DNA of 64,000 bases from Verrucomicrobiota bacterium. GTDB taxonomy: Bacteria; Verrucomicrobiota; Verrucomicrobiia; Limisphaerales; UBA11358. Each line of letters starts with the position of its first letter. Positions within the stretch are counted from its first letter, which is position 1. A model generated the notes under the pieces. That model did not search any database, was not told the DNA's origin, and saw nothing but the letters and a program-made list of their open reading frames with translations. Positions 9,723 to 18,321 of this stretch are shown piece by piece. The stretch is taken from contig JBEKBA010000001.1 in assembly GCA_050015635.1 (NCBI GenBank), positions 100,978 to 164,977 of the forward strand, read 5' to 3'. Both the position numbers and the translations under genes were made by a program.

Positions 9723-11474
9723 ATGGGTTTTAGCTCGGTAAAAAATCTGGTGGCATCGGTTGCGGAAGCGTCCCCGAATCAATTTGACGACTGGCGCAAG
9801 GCATGGCGCGCATCGGCGGACAACGGTTCGCAGGAACCGCTGCTGACGTTTATTGCACGCGAACGCGGCGTGGCCGAGGACGTTTTTGTCCAGCGGCTCG
9901 CGTCGTCGCTCGGTTGGCCGTATGTGGATTTACATACATTCAACGTCCCGACGGAAGCGCGGAACAAAATTTCAACGAAGGTCGCGTTTCAATATTCCGT
10001 ACTGCCGGCGGCGGTGAACGCCGGCACGCTACGGGTTGTGGCGAGCGATCCGTTCGACGCGGCGATGATGAACGCGGTGCGCTTCGACGCTCGGATGCCG
10101 GTGGAGTTTGCGCTTGCGCCCAAAGTTGAAATCGAAAAGGCACTTAAAAAATACTACGGCGTCGGTGCGGAAACGCTTGACGAAATGGGCGAGGGCGAGC
10201 CGATGGAACTTGAAATCGCTGCTGTCAAGGAAATCACCGAGGATGATCAGGAAGCGAGCGTCATCAAGTTTATGAACCAGATTATTTGGGAAGCTCACAA
10301 AGACCGCGCGACGGACATTCATTTCGAACCAGCGGAGGACGAGCTACGGATCCGCTATCGCATTGACGGCATTTTGCATCAGACGCCGATGCCGCCGCAG
10401 TTGAAGCGTTATCAAGCCGCGCTCATTTCGCGCATCAAGGTGATGAGCGGAATGAACATTGCGGAAAAACGTCTGCCGCAGGATGGTCGCATCAACGTCC
10501 GCATCAAAGGCGAGGAAATTGACATTCGCGTTTCGACCGTTCCGACTGTTTACGGCGAAAGTGTTTCACTTCGTTTGCTCACGCGCGGCAAAATCTTTTT
10601 GAGTCTGGAAAAGCTGGGTTTCGCGCCGAAGGACGAGGCGATGATTCGTGAAATCATCGTAAAGCCGCACGGAATTTTTCTCGTTACCGGGCCGACCGGC
10701 TCCGGCAAATCCACATCACTCTACGCGTTTTTGAGTGCGATCAATTCCGTTCACAAACGTATCATCACAATAGAAGAACCGGTCGAATACGAACTCAAAG
10801 GCATCAACCAAATCGCCGTGCGGCCGGAAATCGGCCTGACCTTTGCGATGGGCTTGCGCCACATTTTGCGGCAGGACCCGAACGTCATCATGGTCGGCGA
10901 AATCCGTGATTTGGAGACGGCGGAAATCGCCATTCGCGCCTCACTCACCGGCCACCTGGTGTTCAGTACATTGCACACGAATGACGCGTCGAGCGCATTC
11001 ACGCGGTTGATTGACATGGGCATCGAGCCGTTCCTTGTGGCGTCGTCGGTTGAAGCGGTCATGGCGCAACGCCTCGTCCGCACGATTTGCCGGCATTGCA
11101 AAACAGAGCAGAAAGTCGAACGCGATTATTTGCGGCGAATCGGATTTCCAGAAAATGAAGTCGGGACGGCGAAGTTTTGGCGCGGTGCCGGCTGTGAAGA
11201 ATGTCGTCAACTCGGCTATCAGGGACGCAAGGGCATTTACGAGTTGCTTATTTTGAATGAATCCATCCGCCCGCTGGTTTTGAACCGCGCTCCGGCCACG
11301 ACAATTGCCCAAAAAGCCATAGAAGAAGGAATGCGCACGCTTCGCACCGACGGTTGGAACAAGGTCAAAAACGGCGAGACAACCATCGAGGAAGTCTTGC
11401 GTGTCACGCAAATGGAGGAGCACATGGAAGCGCTCGTCGGTGACACCAAAACAGAAATGTGGGTCAAGGCGTGA
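9723..11474 (+). CDS. GspE/PilB-family ATPase with N-terminal T2SSE_N/MshEN-like domain
   Basis: Walker A GPTGSGKST, DPNVIMVGEIRD, TGHLVFSTLHT, CRHC...CEEC. N-domain LGWPYVDLHTFNVP...VLPAAVNAGTLRVVASDP. Start trimmed from TTG 9624 to ATG 9723 (MGFSSVKNL). Confidence 0.9.
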   Translation: MGFSSVKNLVASVAEASPNQFDDWRKAWRASADNGSQEPLLTFIARERGVAEDVFVQRLASSLGWPYVDLHTFNVPTEARNKISTKVAFQYSVLPAAVNAGTLRVVASDPFDAAMMNAVRFDARMPVEFALAPKVEIEKALKKYYGVGAETLDEMGEGEPMELEIAAVKEITEDDQEASVIKFMNQIIWEAHKDRATDIHFEPAEDELRIRYRIDGILHQTPMPPQLKRYQAALISRIKVMSGMNIAEKRLPQDGRINVRIKGEEIDIRVSTVPTVYGESVSLRLLTRGKIFLSLEKLGFAPKDEAMIREIIVKPHGIFLVTGPTGSGKSTSLYAFLSAINSVHKRIITIEEPVEYELKGINQIAVRPEIGLTFAMGLRHILRQDPNVIMVGEIRDLETAEIAIRASLTGHLVFSTLHTNDASSAFTRLIDMGIEPFLVASSVEAVMAQRLVRTICRHCKTEQKVERDYLRRIGFPENEVGTAKFWRGAGCEECRQLGYQGRKGIYELLILNESIRPLVLNRAPATTIAQKAIEEGMRTLRTDGWNKVKNGETTIEEVLRVTQMEEHMEALVGDTKTEMWVKA

Positions 11475-11509
11475 ACCCAACCCCGCCACTTCAAAAAAAA
11501 TTCTGACGT

Positions 11510-12895
11510 ATGCCCCGCTGGAATTCCTGCAATGTTCTGCAAACCGCGCCCGACGCGAACCGCCTTTGGCAGTTCGAGTCCAAAGGTGGCGGTTTTGTAC
11601 TGAGCCGTGAATTGAGCAGCACCCCCAGCCGGTCGCTGCCGCCCAAGTCCGTCGCCAAATCCTGGGTCGCGCTATGGCAGCCGAAACTGAACGTCGCGTG
11701 GCTGCCGTCAGAAAATGTTTTCCTGCGCGTCATCGAACTGCCCAGGAGTGCTTTCGACGAAACGCTGGCGATGGTGGAATTTCAACTGGAAAAACTCTCA
11801 CCGATTCCAGTCACACAAATCGTCTGGACGCTGCACATTTTGCCGCAAGCAGTGACGGATAATTTACAGACAGTCATCGTAGTCATTGTCGAACGCAGAG
11901 TCGTGGAAGAATTTCTCGGCAAGCTCGAAGGCGCTGGCTATCTCGCCGATCGGCTCGAAGTCCCGATGCTTGACCAGTTGGAAGCTACGCCCGCGACCGA
12001 AGACAGCGCGTGGATTTATCCGTCGGAGCCCGGTAGCCAGAGCGTTGCGCTCGTCGCGTGGTGGTTTGGCGGCGCACTGCGAAATTTGAGTTTTTTAATT
12101 TTGCCGCCGACAGATGACCGCGCGGCAAGTTTGAAAAATCAACTCGCGCAACTCATGCTGGCTGGCGAATTCGAAGGCTGGCTGACGGCGCAACCGAAAT
12201 GGCATCTGGTCGTTGACACCGCAATCGCCTCTGAATGGGAACTGCTGCTACACGAAGGGCTGGGCGAACCGGCGCAAACCACGGAACCGTTGCCGACGGC
12301 GGAGTTGGCCGTGCGCACGGCGCGACGCACTGTGGTGGCCAGCGCGCGCGCGGGCCTTCTGCCTGCGGATTTTACCGCGCGTTACCGGCAGCAGTTTGTT
12401 GATCGTTTGTGGCTTCACGGTCTGGGTGCGGCGCTGGTTTTGTATCTGGCAGGTGTGGCGGTTTATTTTTGCGCGACGGGTTTGGTCGGCTACCAAACGG
12501 GTAAAGTCGAGGAGCAGGTCGCCGCCATCAGCGGCAATTACACAAACACGCTGCAACTCAAGGCGCGTTATGACGTGCTCAAGGAGCGGCAGGATTTGAA
12601 ATTCGCCGCGTTGGATAGCTGGAAACTGGTAGCGGAACAATTGCCTGCGGATGTTTCGTTGGAGCGGTTCAGCTTTGCCGACGGCCAAAAACTTTCGTTG
12701 AGTGGCACCGCCGCGCCGGATCAAATCGCCCCAATCACCGATTTCAGCGACACGTTGCATAAGGCCAAACTCAACGGCCAGCCAATGTTTGATCCCATGG
12801 GCGGCGATCCGTTCCAATGGCGTCAATACGGCAACACGGTGACTTGGAATTTCAGTCTTTTGCTCAAAAACACCGGGGAGGAGGATTCGCCGTGA
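11510..12895 (+). CDS. Pilus/secretion assembly protein, PilM/GspL-like cytoplasmic domain fused to a PilN/GspM-like bitopic part (assigned by architecture)
   Basis: About 310 aa of cytoplasmic region, one TM (LWLHGLGAALVLYLAGVAVYFCATGLVGY), then about 130 aa periplasmic region. It sits between the ATPase and the secretin. No diagnostic motif recognised. Confidence 0.5.
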   Translation: MPRWNSCNVLQTAPDANRLWQFESKGGGFVLSRELSSTPSRSLPPKSVAKSWVALWQPKLNVAWLPSENVFLRVIELPRSAFDETLAMVEFQLEKLSPIPVTQIVWTLHILPQAVTDNLQTVIVVIVERRVVEEFLGKLEGAGYLADRLEVPMLDQLEATPATEDSAWIYPSEPGSQSVALVAWWFGGALRNLSFLILPPTDDRAASLKNQLAQLMLAGEFEGWLTAQPKWHLVVDTAIASEWELLLHEGLGEPAQTTEPLPTAELAVRTARRTVVASARAGLLPADFTARYRQQFVDRLWLHGLGAALVLYLAGVAVYFCATGLVGYQTGKVEEQVAAISGNYTNTLQLKARYDVLKERQDLKFAALDSWKLVAEQLPADVSLERFSFADGQKLSLSGTAAPDQIAPITDFSDTLHKAKLNGQPMFDPMGGDPFQWRQYGNTVTWNFSLLLKNTGEEDSP

Positions 12896-13467
12896 AAAAA
12901 TACTTCGCGCAACTCCGTCCGTTGGAGCGCCGACTGGCCGTCGGCGTGCTGGTCGTTTTATTTCTCGTGCTGAATTATGTGTTTGTCTGGCCACACTTTT
13001 CCGATTTCGGCAACTTGCGGCAGCGCGGAGATATCGCACGCCAGAAACTGAAACTTTACGAGACGGCCATTGCGCAGGCGGTGAATTATGCGGCGCAGGT
13101 AAAAAAAATGGAGGGTCAGGGCGAATTCGTTGCGCCGGAAAACCAGTCAATTAATTTTTTACGCACAATTCAATCACAGGCGGCGCAAAGCAGGGTCGGC
13201 ATTGTCGACACCTCACGGCAAGTCACACACACGAACGATGCTTTCTTCATCGAACAAGTGCAAAACATCGTTGTCATCGCCGACGACCAGCAACTGGTGG
13301 ATTTTCTTTACAAGCTTGGCTCCGGCGCTTCGATGGTGCGCGTGCGCGATCTGGAGTTGCAACCGGACGAAACGCGCCAGCATCTCAACGCGAACATCCG
13401 GCTCGTCGCGAGCTATCAAAAAAATCCTCCGCTCAATTTGGAATCCACAACCATAACCGCCAAATGA
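12892..13467 (+). CDS. PilO/GspM-like bitopic assembly protein
   Basis: GTG at 12892 overlaps the upstream stop (GTGA) and is preceded by GGAGGAGG. TM LAVGVLVVLFLVLNYVFVW, coiled-coil segment, then an alpha/beta C-domain. The track ORF start at 12817 lies inside the upstream gene. Confidence 0.45.
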   Translation: MKKYFAQLRPLERRLAVGVLVVLFLVLNYVFVWPHFSDFGNLRQRGDIARQKLKLYETAIAQAVNYAAQVKKMEGQGEFVAPENQSINFLRTIQSQAAQSRVGIVDTSRQVTHTNDAFFIEQVQNIVVIADDQQLVDFLYKLGSGASMVRVRDLELQPDETRQHLNANIRLVASYQKNPPLNLESTTITAK

Positions 13468-15620
13468 AAACAACCGCGCTCATCCTCATCCTTTTTTTAA
13501 CCGGCTTCGATTTGTGGGCGCAACAAGGTCCGTACGCGCCGCGCCGCCTCAACAACAATACGGCCAACGCCAACGCCGCCAGCTCGCCGGTGATGCCGGG
13601 TTTCCCCGTGCCACCGGACGTTTCATTGCCCGACGCGGACGCGACGGCGGTTCCGTCCGTCAACGCACCCGCCGAAGAAATGATTCCTGCCGGCGATATC
13701 GATTTTCAAGGCGTGGATGTGAGCCAGGTACTCGACGTTTATTCGCAACTGGTCGGGCGTACCGTTCTGCGTCCACCAGGTTTGTCCACGCCGCCGATTG
13801 TTTTAAAGACTGAGACACCATTGACCAAGACCGAGGCGATTCAGGCGTTGCAGGCCGTGCTCGCGCTCGCTGGTATTGCGGTCGTGAATGTCGGCGACAA
13901 ATTCGTGAAGGCATTGCCAACGGATCAGGCGAACTCGGCGGGCGCGGAGTTCAGCCATGCGGACGCGAGCCAGTTGCCGGACTTGGGTTCATATGTGACG
14001 CGCATCGTGCAGTTGAAATATGTAAAGCCGAGCGAAATGGTGCCGATCATCCAGCCGTTTGCCAAACTGGCGAACTCCATCATCCCGATTGACAGCAACG
14101 GCATTCTCGTCCTGCGTGACAACGCCGAAAACGTCAAGCGTATGTTGGAGATGATCAATCAGGTGGACGTGTCCGTGCCGGAGGAATTCATCTCCGAGGT
14201 CATTCCGATCAAATACGCGATGGTGGACGACATCGCCAACGCGCTCAATAGTCTCGGCGGTAGCAGTTCGGCCATCGGCAGCAGCGCGACGACGCCCGGC
14301 TCGCACACCAGTGTGAGCGGTGTGAGCGGTTTCAGCGGCGGTGGTGCTCAAAACAACGGTTACAACCAGCAAAACCAGCCGCGAACGTTTGGATCAAATC
14401 CCAACGGCACGCCAACTTCAGGTAGTTCGTTCAGCCAGCGGTTGCAGCAGATCATCCAGCGCGCGTCAACGGACACGTCCGGGCAAATCCAAATTTTGGG
14501 CCAGACAAAAATCATCGCCGATGAACGGAGTAATTCACTTCTGGTTTTCGCGACGCAGCAGGACATGGCGATGATCAAGAACATTGTGTCGAAACTGGAT
14601 GTGCTGTTATCGCAAGTGCTCATCGAATCGGTCATCATGGATGTGTCGCTCAACAAAGCTTGGAATTTTGGGGTGTCGGCTGCGCAGAATCCAAAAACGT
14701 TTCAGGGCAATTCGACGAATATTATCCAAAACATTCTTGGCGGCGGCGGTGTGAATAATGGACAACCTTTCTATGATTTCCTAAATAGCGCACTCGGTAC
14801 CAATGGAACACTCACCAGCAGCTTTGCCAACAGCCTGCCCGGCGGGTTAAGCTATTTCGGCAACATCGGTCCGAGTTGGGACGTGGCCTTGCAAGCAGCG
14901 GCATCGGACAGCAGTGTGACCGTGATTCAACGTCCGCGCATCCAGACTTCGCAGGCGAAAGAAGCGTCATTTTTTGTGGGTAACACGGTGCCCTATGTTA
15001 CCAGCACATACAACGGCGGCAGCATCAGTGGTAACAGCGCTTCGTATTCGCAATTGTCGGTCGGCGTTGAACTGGATGTCACGCCGTTCATCAACCCTGA
15101 TGGTCTGGTGGTAATGGACATCAATCAGGAAATTGATGATATTGATGGCAGCACGGAGGTTGAAGGCATCGGCGAAGTGCCTGACACCGACAAACGGACG
15201 CTTTCGTCCGAAATCGCCGTGAGAAACGGCGACACGGTCATTCTTGGCGGCTTCATTCGTTCGGAAAAAGACAAGAGCCGAACCGGGGTTCCCCTCCTAG
15301 AGGACATTCCACTGCTTGGCGCTTTATTCACCAGCCTTTCCAGCAACAAAACCCGTGAAGAGTTGCTCGTGATGATGCGTCCGACGGTTTTGAAGACACC
15401 TGAACTGGCCGCTGCGCAGACCAAGATAGAAGAAGCGCGGTTGCCGGGAATTTCTCACGCCGAGAAGGATGATGTCGAGGACGAGCGCGAACAAATCGAG
15501 GCCGAGGAAAAAATGGAACAAAAGCGCGCCAGGCATGATGCGGACAGTGCCGAACCTTTTCAACCGGCGTCGCCCAACGAAACGATTAACACGAACAACT
15601 ACGCGCTGCCCAATCCTTGA
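13464..15620 (+). CDS. Secretin (GspD/PilQ family outer-membrane channel)
   Basis: Signal peptide MKTTALILILFLTGFDLWAQQ. N-domains (VLDVYSQLVGRTVL..., VQLKYVKPSEMVPIIQPF...). Secretin C-domain IQRPRIQTSQAKEASFFVGN...LDVTPFINPDGLVVMDI...GDTVILGGF...VPLLEDIPLLGALF. ATGA overlap with the upstream gene. Confidence 0.85.
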   Translation: MKTTALILILFLTGFDLWAQQGPYAPRRLNNNTANANAASSPVMPGFPVPPDVSLPDADATAVPSVNAPAEEMIPAGDIDFQGVDVSQVLDVYSQLVGRTVLRPPGLSTPPIVLKTETPLTKTEAIQALQAVLALAGIAVVNVGDKFVKALPTDQANSAGAEFSHADASQLPDLGSYVTRIVQLKYVKPSEMVPIIQPFAKLANSIIPIDSNGILVLRDNAENVKRMLEMINQVDVSVPEEFISEVIPIKYAMVDDIANALNSLGGSSSAIGSSATTPGSHTSVSGVSGFSGGGAQNNGYNQQNQPRTFGSNPNGTPTSGSSFSQRLQQIIQRASTDTSGQIQILGQTKIIADERSNSLLVFATQQDMAMIKNIVSKLDVLLSQVLIESVIMDVSLNKAWNFGVSAAQNPKTFQGNSTNIIQNILGGGGVNNGQPFYDFLNSALGTNGTLTSSFANSLPGGLSYFGNIGPSWDVALQAAASDSSVTVIQRPRIQTSQAKEASFFVGNTVPYVTSTYNGGSISGNSASYSQLSVGVELDVTPFINPDGLVVMDINQEIDDIDGSTEVEGIGEVPDTDKRTLSSEIAVRNGDTVILGGFIRSEKDKSRTGVPLLEDIPLLGALFTSLSSNKTREELLVMMRPTVLKTPELAAAQTKIEEARLPGISHAEKDDVEDEREQIEAEEKMEQKRARHDADSAEPFQPASPNETINTNNYALPNP

Positions 15621-15635
15621 CGCCGGCCTGCAATT

Positions 15636-18320
15636 TCAATTCAGCGGCGGCGCGTCCGCGTCGCCGGCGGGGAGAATTTCTTCCAAAGAGCGGATCGGGT
15701 GCAGAGGCATCAGTAAAAGCTTCGGAATGACATAAACCGGATCACTCTTTGGATTATTGAGTGTGCCAGTGATTTTATACTCAAATAATTTGCTCACCGG
15801 CCACAGCACCGTGCTGATGAGCGGACCGACCGCCCAGGTGTCGCGCAAAAGTTGCGCCGTCGCCCGCGCGTTCACGTTTTGCTTCATATCCACCGTGCCG
15901 GTATATTGCAGGCGCATCATCGTCGAGCGGATCTCCAGCGTGTCCGAAAAAAACACGCCATTGGTAATGACAAATTTCGCGGAGGCGTCCGTCGCGCGGC
16001 TGTTGCCCAGTCCGGACGAAACGGCGTTTAACACCGGCGATAAAATGCTGAAAATGGGAATGTCCCAGAGCAATCCGTCGCGCAACTTCACACGGCCATA
16101 GCCGTTCCATGTCCGCCAGTTCCGCGAGTCCGCGTTTGTCACAAGGAGCTGCGCCGTGAACACACCCTCAAGATGGTTGGTCGGCGTGGACAAATCCATG
16201 GCGAGCGCATGTAGGTTTACGTTTGTCGCGTTCACGATGAACTGGAAATCCGCGCCTTCATGCGGCACGCGAAAATCGAAATCCGCAAAACCGTTGCCGT
16301 CGCCGCCGTAAAACGCCGCCGTCACATTCGTCAGAATTAACGACGCGCCAAGCCAGTGGACTGTGCCCGCGATACCCGGCGTTTTAAGCTTCAGCCAGCA
16401 GAACGGTGTGGGCTCTAAAATATCGAAACGCACGTCCGCATCATCCGCGTCGGGCGCATCGTGAATGTCGCGCATTGGCGCACAGCCGTTCACGCGCACC
16501 GATGGCGGCTTTGGAAATTGATACGGTTCCAGCAACTCCCCGGTCTTCGGCCCGATGGCGCGCGCGATTACCTCCGGGTCGGTGGTGCTGAAGCCATTCG
16601 TAAAATAAATCCGCAGTGTGTGGAAATCCAAAGTGACTTCCTCGGCCACCATCGTCTGCGTTCCATTTTCACGCCACAGCCGCGGATGGAAAAATTGGAG
16701 GACGCGTTTGTTGTAATGCAACCTGCCCGCGACGCTGCCGATGGACTGGCCGCGAACGGTGAAATTCGTCAGCGCCACGCGCCCGCTCGCGTCAATGCTG
16801 TCGTAATCATACAAACGTCCGCCCACTTCAACGTCCAACGTCAACGGTTCGGTGCACTTCACAATCTCGAAAACATGTACCGCGTTGCTCGCCATTAAAA
16901 ACGGTCGGATCGTTGCCGGATCGAACGCGCCGCGAATGTGCCACTGGTAATTTTTCGTGCTGTCGTCTTCGCTGCCGTTGATTTCAAGCCGCGTTTTGGC
17001 CTGCGCGATTACAAAATCCGGCAACTGCCACACGAGATGCGAATAGGAAAAATGCGTGTGCGCTAGGTCAAAAGGAACACCTTCAAAAATTCCGTTGGTG
17101 ATGGCCAGCGCGCCGTTCAATTGAATCGTGGGTTGCACTTCACCGCGCCAATCCGGCTGGAGGTTTGTCCATGCGGGCAAAACCAGCGATCCGCTGGCTT
17201 GCAGCGACGGCAACTGGCCCCAGGCAATCTCCACCAGCCGCTCGTGCGTTTTTTCCGTGAGCAGCGCGGCAATGGAATGAAAGTCAAAACAGGCCGAGTT
17301 GACGAATGTCAATTCGCGCGTGGCCACATCTAGTCGCGCCTGCGCGTCGAGCCGTCCGCCGCCAAGTTCGGCGGACAAATTTGTGACAGCAAGCTTCGGT
17401 GCCTGCCAGAAGCCGCTGCACGCGAAAGAAGCTGCGGTTAATTTTTCGGCTTTCAAATCCATGAGCCGCGCGTTCCAAACGAGACGAAACGGCTGCGCGT
17501 TTGTCCAGAAACTCCATGACGAATCGAAATTCGTCGGCGCGTCGGCAGGCGCGGTGATGGTTGCGACGAGTTGAATGTCCTGCGCGCTGAACTGTGGTGT
17601 TTGCACGCCGGACGCGGCGACGTTCAGTCGAACGGCACAGGAATGGATGTCACGCGCGTCACCGTTCACGTTCACACTCAATTGTGGCGCGCTTTCAAAA
17701 TGGATTTGAGCCAGCATGTCGGAAAATTTCCGTAACCGTGCCTGCCAGACCATAAAACCAGCGGATTTCCGACCGCGAAATATTTCCCAACGACGGATTT
17801 CCGGCGCGTGGGCGACGTCGCCGGACAACTCGAGTTTCATGCCAGCAAAGTCGGCCTGAAAATTGTCGAGCGACCAAGTATCGTTGGTTTGGAAGCGCAA
17901 GTCGGTCTGAATATGGTCGAGCGTGAGAGCGTTGGTTGGCGCGAGGGGCCAGACAAGTTTACCCTGCCGCAAAATGAGTCCGTCAATTTGCAACCGGCAA
18001 TGCAGCAGTGCACGGCGATCCATATGCAGTTGCAGTTCCCGCAGCGACAGTGTCGGGCTGTCGAGAGTTTTTGCGCCGCCGATGAGGACGTTCTCGGCGA
18101 CGAGTCCGCGCACGAAGTGGAGGCGCAACCGGGAAAATTCCAATTCGATTCCGTGTGTGCGCAAGTTTTCAACCAGCTGTGTTTTCAAAAAATCCGGCAG
18201 GCCGTATTGATTGAGCCAAATCCCGGCACAAGCCAAAACGAACACCATGAAAAGCACCGTAATACAAAACCAGCGGAAACAGACGCGGCATTTTCGCCAG
18301 AAACCAGGTTGCGGACGCAT
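15636..18320 (-). CDS. AsmA-like large envelope protein (N-terminal anchor, AsmA_2-like C-terminus)
   Basis: 894 aa. N-terminal TM FCITVLFMVFVLACAGIWL followed by LPDFLKTQLVENL...ELEFSRLRLHF. C-terminus RDGLLWDIPIF...FVITNGVFFSDTLEIRS...LQYTGTVDM...YKITGTLNNPK resembles the AsmA/TamB/YhdP-type C-terminal region. Assigned by eye, not by search. Confidence 0.55.
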   Translation of the reverse strand: MRPQPGFWRKCRVCFRWFCITVLFMVFVLACAGIWLNQYGLPDFLKTQLVENLRTHGIELEFSRLRLHFVRGLVAENVLIGGAKTLDSPTLSLRELQLHMDRRALLHCRLQIDGLILRQGKLVWPLAPTNALTLDHIQTDLRFQTNDTWSLDNFQADFAGMKLELSGDVAHAPEIRRWEIFRGRKSAGFMVWQARLRKFSDMLAQIHFESAPQLSVNVNGDARDIHSCAVRLNVAASGVQTPQFSAQDIQLVATITAPADAPTNFDSSWSFWTNAQPFRLVWNARLMDLKAEKLTAASFACSGFWQAPKLAVTNLSAELGGGRLDAQARLDVATRELTFVNSACFDFHSIAALLTEKTHERLVEIAWGQLPSLQASGSLVLPAWTNLQPDWRGEVQPTIQLNGALAITNGIFEGVPFDLAHTHFSYSHLVWQLPDFVIAQAKTRLEINGSEDDSTKNYQWHIRGAFDPATIRPFLMASNAVHVFEIVKCTEPLTLDVEVGGRLYDYDSIDASGRVALTNFTVRGQSIGSVAGRLHYNKRVLQFFHPRLWRENGTQTMVAEEVTLDFHTLRIYFTNGFSTTDPEVIARAIGPKTGELLEPYQFPKPPSVRVNGCAPMRDIHDAPDADDADVRFDILEPTPFCWLKLKTPGIAGTVHWLGASLILTNVTAAFYGGDGNGFADFDFRVPHEGADFQFIVNATNVNLHALAMDLSTPTNHLEGVFTAQLLVTNADSRNWRTWNGYGRVKLRDGLLWDIPIFSILSPVLNAVSSGLGNSRATDASAKFVITNGVFFSDTLEIRSTMMRLQYTGTVDMKQNVNARATAQLLRDTWAVGPLISTVLWPVSKLFEYKITGTLNNPKSDPVYVIPKLLLMPLHPIRSLEEILPAGDADAPPLN

Positions 18321-18321
18321 A

